From the NCBI GenBank assembly GCA_965248265.1, contig CBDFJF010000001.1, positions 1,760,001-1,824,000 of the forward strand: a stretch of DNA of 64,000 nt, written 5' to 3'. This DNA is from Candidatus Latescibacterota bacterium. Lineage in GTDB: Bacteria > Latescibacterota > UBA2968 > UBA8231. Below, piece by piece: positions 48,247-58,276 of the stretch; the first letter of the stretch is position 1, and each line of letters starts with the position of its first letter. The position numbers were made by a program, and so were the translations under genes. The notes below the pieces were generated by a model. It saw nothing but the letters and a program-made list of their open reading frames with translations, was not told the DNA's origin and did not search any database.

Positions 48247-48415
48247 GGGATCTCTTCGGCGGCTCAAGGTGAACGAGCTATCTACACGAATTTCTCGCCC
48301 GGTGTCAATTCCGTCCTGCCAGAGCTGGCAGGACCAGCAACATTTCATCAAATTATTTGCTGTTGCGGGTGGCGTTTGCCTGCGTTTTCGACCCATCAAC
48401 ACAGGAGATTTGTTC

Positions 48416-49282
48416 ATGCCAATAGGCGCCGAACCGTACCTCTATGAACCCGTGCCTGGTTGGAGCAGCGGGCCACACGGATGTGAAAAAGGAGTGCTCT
48501 CTGGCGTGGGCATCAGCACCGACGACCGCATCTTCGTCGTCGACCGCGAGCCGAATCCGAGTATCCTGGTATTCGACCGGGACGGGCGCCTCATCGACTC
48601 CTGGGGCCAGGACATTTTCCCGCTGCCGCATGACATCACCCTCACACCCGATGGACGAGCCTTTGTGACAGACTGCCGTGACCATACCGTCCGCATCTGT
48701 AGCCTGGAAGGGGAGGTGCTTCAAACCATCGGTACGCCAGGAATCCCCGGCCCACCCGGCAAGCCTTTCAACAAGCCGACGGGAGTCGCTGTAGCGCCCG
48801 ATTCGGGCGAGTTTTACGTGACCGATGGTTACGGACAGTTCCACGTACACCGCTTTTCCCCCGATGGCGAACTGCTGGAGACCTGGGGGCAAAAGGGATC
48901 AGAGCCTGGGAATTATACTCTGCCCCACAATATTGCCATTTCCAGCAGCGGTATTGTCGCGGTCGCTGACCGAGAGCCCAACAACCGTGTCCAGCTCTTC
49001 GATCTCGACGGCAACTTCAAAAGCCAGTGGCGCGGTCGTCTGTTTCCCTGCGGTCTGTTCATCGACGACGACGATATCGTGTTCGTGGCCGAGGGATTCG
49101 GTGTCAGCGTCTTCAACATGGATGGCGACCTCTTGTTCGTGCTACCCCTGCGGGGCGGCCCTGTCGACGAGAATCACGGCTCCCACGCCATCGCCGTAGA
49201 CCACCACGGAGATATCTACGTCAACGAGGTCGGAGCGCCCAACTTGATGCACAAATTCGCGCGTGTGGAGGGCACCCGGTGA
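48416..49282 (+). CDS. NHL-repeat protein (peptidyl-alpha-hydroxyglycine lyase-like)
   Basis: FNKPTGVAV, YVTDGYG, LPHNIAI and HAIAVDHHGDIYV; CAGGAG RBS. Confidence 0.85.
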   Translation: MPIGAEPYLYEPVPGWSSGPHGCEKGVLSGVGISTDDRIFVVDREPNPSILVFDRDGRLIDSWGQDIFPLPHDITLTPDGRAFVTDCRDHTVRICSLEGEVLQTIGTPGIPGPPGKPFNKPTGVAVAPDSGEFYVTDGYGQFHVHRFSPDGELLETWGQKGSEPGNYTLPHNIAISSSGIVAVADREPNNRVQLFDLDGNFKSQWRGRLFPCGLFIDDDDIVFVAEGFGVSVFNMDGDLLFVLPLRGGPVDENHGSHAIAVDHHGDIYVNEVGAPNLMHKFARVEGTR

Positions 49283-49289
49283 CACTAGC

Positions 49290-50288
49290 ATGAAAGGGAC
49301 GATCCGCATCGGCATCTATGGCGCCGGCAACTTCGCCAACAAACAGCACCTGCCCAACCTGACACGAGTCGAGGGCGTCGAACTCATCGCCATCTGTGAT
49401 GTCAATGCGCAGGCCGCCCACGACACCGCCGCCACTTTCGGCATCCCCGCCGTGTACACGGACGGCCACGAGATGCTCGAGAAGGAATCGATGGACGCGC
49501 TGTGGTCGATCGTCCCGGCCTTCGCCCGGACCGCCGGCGTTGAAGTGGCCGCGGCCACCCGGGGCATCCACCTGTTCAGCGAAAAGCCCCAGGCCCTCGA
49601 GATGTGCGTGGCTCGCGCTATCGACGACGCCGTACGTGAGGCCGGGGTCCTCAGCGCGGTCTGTTTCCGCGAGCGCTACCGGCCCATATTCCAGGAAGCC
49701 AGACGCCTGCTGCAGGGCAAAGACGTCGCGCACATCCGCTTCCAGTCCGTCAGCGGGTTGCCCGGACCGCCTTCCGGCAGCTGGAATGGCGTCATGGAAA
49801 AGGGCGGCGTCGGTTTCTTCGACTGGGGCCCGCACGCGGTGGATTATTCCCGCTTCATGAGTGGACTCGACGTGGTGACGGCACAGGGGTTTTTCAACCA
49901 CCCTGAGCGCTACACTACTCCGCTCTCGGCTTCCTTCAATTTCGCCATGTCCAATGGTGCCACCATGACGATGACCTTCGTCTCAGCCTCACCCAGCCAA
50001 CCGCCCGAAGAGCCCTTCTTCTTGATGTACTACGAGGGCGGCTACCTCGGCGTCCACAGCTACGACCACATCGACATGAACGGAGAGCGGGTCTACGAAG
50101 GCGAGGAGTTCAACCCATGGTTCGAGCTCGACCGGCGATTCTGTGAGGCTGTGCGAAGCGGAGACGGCAGTGACCTCCTCAACGACTACCACGATGGCCT
50201 CAACTCCCTCGCTCCGGTGCTTGCCGGGTGGGAGTCAGCCAAAAGGGGCGGAGAGCCCATCGACATCGCCGAATTCATGCGTTCGTGA
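49290..50288 (+). CDS. Gfo/Idh/MocA family oxidoreductase
   Basis: IGIYGAGNFA, FSEKP and DWGPHAVD. Confidence 0.9.
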   Translation: MKGTIRIGIYGAGNFANKQHLPNLTRVEGVELIAICDVNAQAAHDTAATFGIPAVYTDGHEMLEKESMDALWSIVPAFARTAGVEVAAATRGIHLFSEKPQALEMCVARAIDDAVREAGVLSAVCFRERYRPIFQEARRLLQGKDVAHIRFQSVSGLPGPPSGSWNGVMEKGGVGFFDWGPHAVDYSRFMSGLDVVTAQGFFNHPERYTTPLSASFNFAMSNGATMTMTFVSASPSQPPEEPFFLMYYEGGYLGVHSYDHIDMNGERVYEGEEFNPWFELDRRFCEAVRSGDGSDLLNDYHDGLNSLAPVLAGWESAKRGGEPIDIAEFMRS

Positions 50289-50312
50289 AGAAAATGGAAA
50301 ATCGACCTATAC

Positions 50313-51188
50313 ATGACTGACGTTACCTCCACGGAAAAGACGATTACGACGCAGGATCGCCTGCGTCAACTCGACATGGACGGTTTCTGCGTTGTCGAGG
50401 GGGTTATACCTGCCGGTGTCGTCGACGAGGTCCGCGACAGTGTCGTCGCGGCTCAGGTGCGGCGCAGCGAGGAGTCTGAGAAGCGACTTGCCGCGACCCG
50501 GGCACGTGGCCATCGCACCGGGGTTCCAGGCGTTGCCCCGTTGAAACAGGTCATCAACGAGACCCAGACATTCGCGCCGTACCTTGCCGACCCCCGTATC
50601 ATGGAGGTCGTCGAAGGCCTGTTCGGCCCATTCGCCCGGATCTCCTGCACCGACGTCGTCATCAACAATCCGGGGTGTGGGCGTGGATACTGGCACGCCG
50701 ACTGGCCGTACAACCAGACCAATGCCTCTAACATCCCGGCGCCGTATGCAGACGCACCGCTGCACCTGTCGACGATCTGGATGTTGACGGATTTCCGGCC
50801 CGATAATGGAGCTACCCTGATCGTGCCCGGTAGCCAGCGTGAGTCGAATAATCCGGCCGCTGGCGAAGTCGAGGGTGTCGACGAGGATGCACCCTATCCG
50901 ACTGAGATCCACGCGGTAGGTAAGGCTGGCAGCGTCTACATCGCCGACAGTCGCACGTGGCACGCCGTGGCGCCAAACGACAGCGACGAACCTCGCGTCG
51001 GCATGATCATCCGCTATGCCCCGTGGTGGCTTAACCTCAACCCGACCATGATTGGATCACCTGAGCATGCCATGATGGTGGTGGAGACGAACGGTAAGAA
51101 TTACGAGACCGAACCATTGCGGCGTGAGGTCTTCGAGTCCTTGCCAGAGGATGTCAAGCCGCTCTACCGGCACTGGGTCGGTGACTGA
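50313..51188 (+). CDS. PhyH family dioxygenase
   Basis: DGFCVVEGVI, WHADWP, NGATLIVPGS and TWHA. Confidence 0.9.
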   Translation: MTDVTSTEKTITTQDRLRQLDMDGFCVVEGVIPAGVVDEVRDSVVAAQVRRSEESEKRLAATRARGHRTGVPGVAPLKQVINETQTFAPYLADPRIMEVVEGLFGPFARISCTDVVINNPGCGRGYWHADWPYNQTNASNIPAPYADAPLHLSTIWMLTDFRPDNGATLIVPGSQRESNNPAAGEVEGVDEDAPYPTEIHAVGKAGSVYIADSRTWHAVAPNDSDEPRVGMIIRYAPWWLNLNPTMIGSPEHAMMVVETNGKNYETEPLRREVFESLPEDVKPLYRHWVGD

Positions 51189-51210
51189 AGCTAGCCGCTG
51201 AAACGGCAAC

Positions 51211-51251
51211 AGAAAGGGCCCGGTTGGCTGACAAGCCACCGGGCCTTTTCT
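51211..51251. terminator. Bidirectional intrinsic terminator
   Basis: AGAAAGGGCCCGGTTGGCT-GACA-AGCCACCGGGCCTTTTCT between convergent genes. Confidence 0.85.
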
Positions 51252-51295
51252 ATTGCATCAAACTCGCGGTCTATGCTGAACTCGCGACCGGAGAC

Positions 51296-52633
51296 TTATT
51301 GGGTGTACTGAGTGACGTTGGAAATACCGCCCGGCTGGGTCAGTGCATAGACGATCAGATTCACACCGAATTGCAACCCACGCTCGCGCGCAGTGGCGCC
51401 TGGCTGACCCCAGTACCAACTGACGTTCAGGTCGCTGAAGAGGACGGCAACGCGTCCACGTAGCTCCAGCATTTCGAGATCGAAGACGTTGCCTCCTGCA
51501 GCGCCCCCCATGGGTGGTCCGTCCTGGAAGTCAAAAAACGTGTAGTACAACGAGTGGGACTTGGGGATCTTCTGAAACTTGCCTCCCTCCGTTCCCAGCA
51601 CCATCGGATCCTTCATCAGGGCCTTGAACTGCCGATCGAACGTCGTCCCCACGACTCCTGCCTCGGTGCCGGTGAGGTTGCCCGTCGATGTGTCGTTTTG
51701 TCGAATATCTTCCGCGAACAGAAACCCGCCGCCTCGCAAATAGTCGCCCAGGTTCGTCTTCTCCGTATCACTCAGCTGCACGATCGCACTGTTGCCCGTC
51801 ATGTAGAGGAGCGGTGCTTTGTGAATGCGATCATCACTGAAGCGAAGGGTAGTGCCCTGGATCCTGGCCTTGATCTGCGTGTGATCCCTGACGTACCGCA
51901 TCAACTCTTCGACCGCGAGCGGAAAGCGATCCACGTTTTTGTCCGCCAGATCATAGTCGATGATGGTCATGTTGAAGAACCCGCGGATGTTCTTCTTGTT
52001 CTCGGGATCCGTGATGATGATCGCCTTGAAGCGACCGAAATCCAGATCCCCCACATTCAGGAGTTCGCGCTCGAGACTCAACATTTCCTGAACCGGCGCC
52101 GCCGTCTCGGTGACGTCGATCATCTCGACCCGATCGAAGTCGAGTTCGTCTGCCTTGGCTCCGCTGAAGGTCCCCAGCAGCGAAGCACCCGGCAAAACGG
52201 CACCCAGCAGGTCACTACCGACAGCGCTCACATCCGATATAGCCGTGATGTCGGTTGGCATATCGGGCGGCGTAAGGGCTGCCAGCATCTCCATCTGCAC
52301 TTCAGAGATTTCAGGCTGCTTTGCCAGATCGAAGTTCTTCTCGAGAATGGGCGGGGGCGCCTGAAACCGGATGAGCGTCTCGCCTTCCTCTTCCTCGGTC
52401 AGTCCGAAGACCAGGACGGCTACCCAAGCGACCGCGTGTACGGCCAACGACGCGACCAGGGCAGCATTCAAACCCAAACGCCTGCCGGTCGTGGCCTTCC
52501 ACAAAGCCAGAAGCAGGACCGCGAATCCACCTACGCCGGCCAGAATCGCCACCCACTTGGAGACTATGATCCCGAGATGGAGGAGGACCGCAGACCCGAA
52601 TACGATGTAGAGTATCTTTTTATGCTCTTCCAC
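51296..52633 (-). CDS. DUF4159 domain membrane protein with TonB-like SxxxH helix
   Basis: N-terminal TM helices including ASLAVH; PLLYMTG, LGDYLRGGGFLFAED and GVNLIVYALT. Confidence 0.8.
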   Translation of the reverse strand: MEEHKKILYIVFGSAVLLHLGIIVSKWVAILAGVGGFAVLLLALWKATTGRRLGLNAALVASLAVHAVAWVAVLVFGLTEEEEGETLIRFQAPPPILEKNFDLAKQPEISEVQMEMLAALTPPDMPTDITAISDVSAVGSDLLGAVLPGASLLGTFSGAKADELDFDRVEMIDVTETAAPVQEMLSLERELLNVGDLDFGRFKAIIITDPENKKNIRGFFNMTIIDYDLADKNVDRFPLAVEELMRYVRDHTQIKARIQGTTLRFSDDRIHKAPLLYMTGNSAIVQLSDTEKTNLGDYLRGGGFLFAEDIRQNDTSTGNLTGTEAGVVGTTFDRQFKALMKDPMVLGTEGGKFQKIPKSHSLYYTFFDFQDGPPMGGAAGGNVFDLEMLELRGRVAVLFSDLNVSWYWGQPGATARERGLQFGVNLIVYALTQPGGISNVTQYTQ

Positions 52634-52688
52634 AGTTAATCCTTCGCCGGTTGCTTACAGAGAGGTAACTCGGGGTTAGCCGGGCTAC

Positions 52689-53099
52689 CTATCCCCTGCC
52701 CCTATCGGGCTCTGTGGCGATTACCTGATCGACGATGCCTACCTGTCGTGCGATGTCCATGATCTGGACAATCTGCCCATGAGTGGCACGCTCGTCGCCC
52801 TGAATGATGATCAGGGTGGTGTTGTCCAATATGCCCCTTTTGTATTCCAACTCTTCCTTCAGGTTGGCAAAGGTGACCGTCTTGTGGTTCAGCTTCATGT
52901 TGCCGTCCTGGTCGACGACGATGAAGAGGTTCTCCTTGTCCGGAGCCTGGGCCTCTTCGGCCTCAGGAAGCTTGATGTCCAATCCGGGCGTAATAGCGAA
53001 AACCGCCGTCACCATGAAGAAAATCAGGAGCTGGAAAACAACGTCGATCATCGGTGTGAGATCGGGTCGCTCGTCCGGCTTCGCTTTCTGACGTTGCAT
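52689..53099 (-). CDS. exbD: Biopolymer transporter ExbD
   Basis: LTPMIDVVFQLLIFFMVT, IKLP and IQGD...IMD. Confidence 0.95.
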   Translation of the reverse strand: MQRQKAKPDERPDLTPMIDVVFQLLIFFMVTAVFAITPGLDIKLPEAEEAQAPDKENLFIVVDQDGNMKLNHKTVTFANLKEELEYKRGILDNTTLIIIQGDERATHGQIVQIMDIARQVGIVDQVIATEPDRGRG

Positions 53100-53122
53100 A
53101 GCCTTTTATCTCCTGATTTGTC

Positions 53123-53770
53123 CTACTTGGCGGCTTGCCAGCGACGCAGCAACGCGTCCACGAAGCCCTGGCCGTACGGCTCGAACTGGACGGCTTTGCT
53201 CTCGGCGCGGGTCGTGAAGTAGGTGTAGATGGCGAGAGCGGGCACGGCGATCACGAGACCGGTCACGGTCGTGATCAGGGCTTCTGAGATACCGGCGGCG
53301 ACGATAGTCGGTTCACCGAGACCCTTCTCGGCGATGCCTTCAAACGCCGTGATCATGCCGTTCACCGTTCCCAGCAGTCCCAGTAGCACGACGGAGTTGG
53401 CGACGAACTGGACGACCGCTAGATAGCGCCCCAGATAGCCTATGGCGGCGCGCTCTACCGTGCCGTTCATCTCGGTGCGCATTTCCTCCAAATTGCGCTG
53501 CTCCCTGGAGAGGTGCTCGAAACGCTCGATGCCCTCAGCGTATACCTCACCTTCCAGCCTGCCGACCTCGCGACAGTAGTCCTTCAACTGGTCGAACGAG
53601 GTGCCGGAATCTATACGGCCGTTGATATCGGTGGTGACGTCCGCCAGTTCATCTTCACTGCGCATTCGGGCGTAGGTGACGACGCGTTCGAGAAAAAACC
53701 CGAAGGCCATGATCGACCACAGACTCAGGGGCCACATGAACGGGCCACCGTCTCGGAAGAATTCTAACAT
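53123..53770 (-). CDS. exbB: MotA/TolQ/ExbB proton channel
   Basis: GGPFMWPL, LGLLGTVNGMITAF and GISEALITTVTGL. Confidence 0.9.
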   Translation of the reverse strand: MLEFFRDGGPFMWPLSLWSIMAFGFFLERVVTYARMRSEDELADVTTDINGRIDSGTSFDQLKDYCREVGRLEGEVYAEGIERFEHLSREQRNLEEMRTEMNGTVERAAIGYLGRYLAVVQFVANSVVLLGLLGTVNGMITAFEGIAEKGLGEPTIVAAGISEALITTVTGLVIAVPALAIYTYFTTRAESKAVQFEPYGQGFVDALLRRWQAAK

Positions 53771-53850
53771 TGCTCTGTTTTCCTCCCTCTAGGTTGTGAC
53801 ATTCATTTTCACTTCTTCAGATAGCTTCGTTTGGTACTCGTCTAAATCGC

Positions 53851-56800
53851 CTAAATGACTCGAGCCTCCGCCATGACTTCCAACTGCTGCTTGGCGAAGT
53901 CCACCTGTGGCGAAAACCGCGCTTCGCCGCTGTACTGGTCGACTACCTTCTGGAACTCGGCAGCCGCTTTGCGATAATCCTCCAGCGCCATGTAAGCGGC
54001 TCCGATATTCACCGCCGCATTGACCGTCTGGTCGCTGTCGGGATACTTGGTCTGGACTTCCTTGAAAATCCTAATGGCTTCTTCGAAGTCTTTCGCGTCG
54101 AACAGTTTTTCGCCTTCAGCGTAGATATTGTACGCGTCGATTTCTGACAGGTGACCCAACAGGATCGTCGCTTTGCGACGCAAACCCTTGTCTTCCGCCT
54201 TGAGGTCGGCGTCTTGGTACATGGCGAGAAACTGCTCATAGCTTTCCGTCGCCTTGTCGTAAACCTTCTCGCCGTAGTAGTAATCTCCGAGTGTGAATTG
54301 GCTTCTCGCCCCGTAGCGTCCGTCTCGATGTTCGGCTACGATCTGTTCAAAGATCGGCAGGGCGTCTTCCTTTCGATCCAGATGAATGAGTGCCCATGCT
54401 GTATTGTAGAGGGCATCGTCCACGTAATCGGATTTGGGGTAGCTGGCGATAACGGCCTCGTACTTCTTGGTGGCTTCCCTGAAAATCGGGATCTTCTGCT
54501 CGTGTGAGCGTCCGGTCGCTATGTTGAAAACGGCCTCTCCGGCGCGATACAATGACTCAGGCGCGTAATTCGAGCCCGGAAACTGTCTGACCAGTTCTTC
54601 GAACGTCTCGCTCGCTTCGCGCCATTTTCCCATGCGATAACGGGCCCAGGCGTCGTAGTAGTAGGCGTAAACGGCTTGTTCGTCGTCCGGGTACCTTTCG
54701 TAATAGGTCTGAAACGCTTCCGACAGCTTCGGCAGGTAGGCAATGCCGCCACCGCCGGAAAGCTTGTGTAATGATATACCGATCTGGAACTGCGCGTTCT
54801 TCGCCCAGCCGATCTGCGGATAGTCGTCTATGATCTTCTGGTAGGTGGCGATGGCCTGGTCCATGTCGCCAGCGCGGAAATAACTGTTGCCCTGGACGAA
54901 CAGAGCGTTTGAGATGCTCTCAACGTCGACGGCGAGATCCACCAGCCGCTGCGAGGCCTCGATGCTGCGATCGTACTGCCCGAGCCGGAAGTAGGCGCTG
55001 GCAAGACGAACAAGTACGCGCACCTTGTCTTCCTCAGCCTCGACGCGCGTCAACATTCCTTCATACGTGCGGATGGCGTCAGCTGGATCCTGCTTTTCCG
55101 CCATGGAGATGAGCTGCAGCTGAGCGTTCCTGGCGAGCGTTTCGTCGCCCGAATCTATCACCCGGTTGAGCAGCACCGTCGCCTTGGCGTCGTCTCCCTC
55201 AGCGGCATGGGAAAGCGCCATCGCGAACTCGACCTTGAGTCGCATCGCCGCAGCTATATCGGAATCCAGTAACCGCTGGTAGTCCCCAAGCGCGTTGGAG
55301 TAATACCCGGTGTAGTGATAGGCCAGACCACGTTCGTAGACCGCGTCGCGAATCGTCTCGCTTTCTGGGTAATTCTCGATGACCTTGGTGTACCCTCTTA
55401 CCGCGTCGGCGTAATTCTTGTTGTTCAGATCGAGCTTCGCGATTTGGTAATGGGCGGTAGCCTCCAAATCGCGATCGCCTTCCACGTCAACGAGCATCTG
55501 AGTCAACACACCTCTGGCTTGCTCGGGCCTGCCCGCACCGATATGAATGTTGGCAGCCTGCACCAGTGAGTGCACGTAGATCTCGCGTGCCTCCCTGCCC
55601 ACCTTGGAGAATGAATCGACCGCCTCATCCAATTGGCCCTGGTCTTTGTAGAGAATACCGAGCCAGTAATTCGCGTCCGCCGCGTACTGAGTCTCTCCGT
55701 AGTCCGTGGCTACCCGCCGATAGGCGACCAAGGCCTCGTCAACCAGCTTCTGCTCAGAATTGATCTGACCGATACGCAGCAGACACAGGGGAGCTTCGGT
55801 CGAGCGCGGGAAGTTGTCGACAACGTCATCATATAACTCCAAGGCACTATCGAAATCCTCCAATTTCTCTGCAGACTGACCGGCGCTGTAGAGGGAGGCT
55901 GCACGGAGGGCGGTTTCGCTGTCCGGATAGTTGGCGGGGACGAGCCGGTAATCCTCTCTGGCGCGCCCGTAATCACCCTCGAAGTATCGGGTCTCACCCT
56001 TCTGGTACTGAGCGTTTGGAGGGAAAGGCGTGTCGCCGTACAGTTCGATTACCTGGTTGTAGGCCGCCCACGCGTCGTCGAAACGCTTCCACGCCAGGAA
56101 GTTATCCCCCATGCGCATCTGCACCTTGGCCTTGGAGAACCGCTCCTCCGCTGTTTCCTGTGCAACGATCAGTTCCTCGTAGGCTTCCTGGTACTTCTCC
56201 TGGCCTCGATAGATCTCCGCGACACGCAGCGACGAAGTTTCGAACAATTGCATATAGCGATCGAAATCGACGTTCTTGCCCTCACGCAGTGACCCCTGAA
56301 GCAGCGACCACATGTGCTCGTAGAGATCTCGCACTTCCCGGTACATACCGATGGCATCTTGGCTGCGGCCCATCCGATCGTAAGCTTGTGCCTTGAGGTA
56401 GGTCGCTTCGCCTATGACGAAACTGCCTGGGTGCTGCTCCAACGTGGCCTCTGACTGAGCGACGGCTTTCTCGTACTCGCCTTTCTCGTAGTAGCTGCTG
56501 GCGATCCTGAACTGGGCGTCGGCAGCGTAGCGATCATCCGGGTAGTTCTCGAGGACCACAGAGAGCGATTGTATGGCTTTGTCGTATTGCTGCAGGTTGA
56601 ACTCGCTCCAACCCGCGTAGTACTGAGCCATAGCTGCATCCGACGACGTCGGAAACAAATTGACATAGTGCCGGTATTCGTTCGCAGCCTCCTGGAATTC
56701 CTTTTGTTTGAAACGTGTTTCGCCCACGCGAAGCTGGACGATGGAGCGAAAATCCTCATCCACGATGTCCATGACGGTGACTTTTTTGTATGCCTCTATC

Positions 56801-57093
56801 GCCTTCTCGTGCTGCGAGCTCTCCTTGTAGGCGTCGCCCAGCTTGTACCACGCTGCGGCAACGACGGGAAGCTCCAAGCCACTCTCGAAGTTGATGCGCA
56901 CACTGTCAGTTCGCACCGCCCGGCTGTTAAAACGGACGATCTTCGAGTACTCGATAATAGCGCCTTCATACTCGCCCAAAGCGTAAAGGGACTGCCCGGC
57001 ATCGAAGTTGGTTTTCAATGACTGGGGAACCGGCAAGAACAGGCTGGATCCCAGGCCGATACCCAGGGCGATAAGTCCGATCACGACCGCCAT
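53851..57093 (-). CDS. Large tetratricopeptide repeat protein with N-terminal membrane anchor
   Basis: Repeated A.Y..G...Y / YP.S..A..A TPR units across 1080 aa. Confidence 0.9.
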   Translation of the reverse strand: MAVVIGLIALGIGLGSSLFLPVPQSLKTNFDAGQSLYALGEYEGAIIEYSKIVRFNSRAVRTDSVRINFESGLELPVVAAAWYKLGDAYKESSQHEKAIEAYKKVTVMDIVDEDFRSIVQLRVGETRFKQKEFQEAANEYRHYVNLFPTSSDAAMAQYYAGWSEFNLQQYDKAIQSLSVVLENYPDDRYAADAQFRIASSYYEKGEYEKAVAQSEATLEQHPGSFVIGEATYLKAQAYDRMGRSQDAIGMYREVRDLYEHMWSLLQGSLREGKNVDFDRYMQLFETSSLRVAEIYRGQEKYQEAYEELIVAQETAEERFSKAKVQMRMGDNFLAWKRFDDAWAAYNQVIELYGDTPFPPNAQYQKGETRYFEGDYGRAREDYRLVPANYPDSETALRAASLYSAGQSAEKLEDFDSALELYDDVVDNFPRSTEAPLCLLRIGQINSEQKLVDEALVAYRRVATDYGETQYAADANYWLGILYKDQGQLDEAVDSFSKVGREAREIYVHSLVQAANIHIGAGRPEQARGVLTQMLVDVEGDRDLEATAHYQIAKLDLNNKNYADAVRGYTKVIENYPESETIRDAVYERGLAYHYTGYYSNALGDYQRLLDSDIAAAMRLKVEFAMALSHAAEGDDAKATVLLNRVIDSGDETLARNAQLQLISMAEKQDPADAIRTYEGMLTRVEAEEDKVRVLVRLASAYFRLGQYDRSIEASQRLVDLAVDVESISNALFVQGNSYFRAGDMDQAIATYQKIIDDYPQIGWAKNAQFQIGISLHKLSGGGGIAYLPKLSEAFQTYYERYPDDEQAVYAYYYDAWARYRMGKWREASETFEELVRQFPGSNYAPESLYRAGEAVFNIATGRSHEQKIPIFREATKKYEAVIASYPKSDYVDDALYNTAWALIHLDRKEDALPIFEQIVAEHRDGRYGARSQFTLGDYYYGEKVYDKATESYEQFLAMYQDADLKAEDKGLRRKATILLGHLSEIDAYNIYAEGEKLFDAKDFEEAIRIFKEVQTKYPDSDQTVNAAVNIGAAYMALEDYRKAAAEFQKVVDQYSGEARFSPQVDFAKQQLEVMAEARVI

Positions 57094-57201
57094 ATGCTGA
57101 TCTCCTTGCTCATTCTCCTACGTACTCAACCTAACACCAGATGCCGGGCTCCGAACACCGCTTGTGCCAGCACCGGCACGGCATTCACACGGGCCTCATC
57201 G

Positions 57202-58149
57202 CTAGAACACGTACCCCAATGAGAAGCGGTGCGAACCGTTGGTCTCAGTGAGATCCATCGGAATGTGATATCCGTAATCGAACTGCGTCTTGTTCCACTT
57301 GTAACCGAGGCCGGCGTTGACGTCACCACTGGCTTCGTCTTCGAAGATCTTGCTGCCTCCGGCGCGCAGCATGAAGCCTTCAGCCACCTTGGTCTCGCCA
57401 CCCACCACCAGCCGCTTGTCCACCTCTTCACCGCTCAGATCACGCATCACCCACTGCACGCTCACCATGGAGGCTTCGGCCACACTCGTCGACACGCCGA
57501 TATGCAGGTCCATCGGCACATCGCCGGCATCCGAGCCATCGGTGTTTTTCACACTCCCCTTGGCCACGTTCGGCTGCAGGGCGTTCTTCAGCAACAGACC
57601 GACGCGCGCATCGCGAATCGGGGCCTTCCACAGCAGGCCGATGTCAGCACCGATGGCGCCCTGGCTCTGGTTCGAAAGCGGATCCGGCGCACCCGTCACC
57701 GCGTCGTTGGGAATGTCACCGACACTCCAGAACACGTACTTGGCGGTCAGCCCCACGCTCAGCTTCGAGCTGAACTTGAACCCCAGGGACAGAAAGGCGC
57801 CGTTCTCGCTCAGCAAATCACTGCCGATGCGCTCGTAACCCAGGCCTAAGCTCATCTTGCCGGGACGCGCGTAACTGACCACGTGCTGGCCCAGATTATC
57901 TCCGTCAATGCCCGAGAACAGCAGGGACACGTTGGTGTAGGCCAACTGCGCACCCTTGAGCTGATTTAAGCCCGCCGGGTTGGCGAAGACGGCGTCGGCG
58001 TTGTCCGCCACCGCCACGAAGGCATTGCCCAGCGACGACGCGCGAGCACCCGAACCGATATTCTGGATGTTCACTACCGCATCCGCGGATACAGCCGTCA
58101 GTGCGAGGATCGCGGCACCGGCAACGATGCTATTGATTGCTCTTTTCAT
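57202..58149 (-). CDS. PorV/PorQ (UPF0164) family outer-membrane barrel
   Basis: Signal peptide, GARASSLGNAFVAVADNADAVFANPAGL, and terminal HRFSLGYVF. Confidence 0.85.
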   Translation of the reverse strand: MKRAINSIVAGAAILALTAVSADAVVNIQNIGSGARASSLGNAFVAVADNADAVFANPAGLNQLKGAQLAYTNVSLLFSGIDGDNLGQHVVSYARPGKMSLGLGYERIGSDLLSENGAFLSLGFKFSSKLSVGLTAKYVFWSVGDIPNDAVTGAPDPLSNQSQGAIGADIGLLWKAPIRDARVGLLLKNALQPNVAKGSVKNTDGSDAGDVPMDLHIGVSTSVAEASMVSVQWVMRDLSGEEVDKRLVVGGETKVAEGFMLRAGGSKIFEDEASGDVNAGLGYKWNKTQFDYGYHIPMDLTETNGSHRFSLGYVF

Positions 58150-58174
58150 TGGCTTCCTTACCCTCCTCGTGAAC

Positions 58175-58236
58175 GCGGATCAATCGTCGATGCGGATCGC
58201 ATAGTCGATGCGGATCGATATTCGATCCGACTGATC
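58175..58236. repeat. GATC-rich direct and inverted repeat cluster upstream of the porV-like gene
   Basis: GTCGATGCGGATCG twice (58186, 58204), CGGATCGA-TAT-TCGATCCG dyad (58211-58229), five GATC sites. Confidence 0.7.
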
Positions 58237-58276
58237 AACCCTGCTTAAACTCGCTTGCATCTGAATTCTGAACAGC

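Noticed and set aside
52663-52690. Stem-loop between exbD and the DUF4159 gene as a terminator
   Set aside because: No U-tract on the coding strand; more likely an intra-operon stability hairpin.
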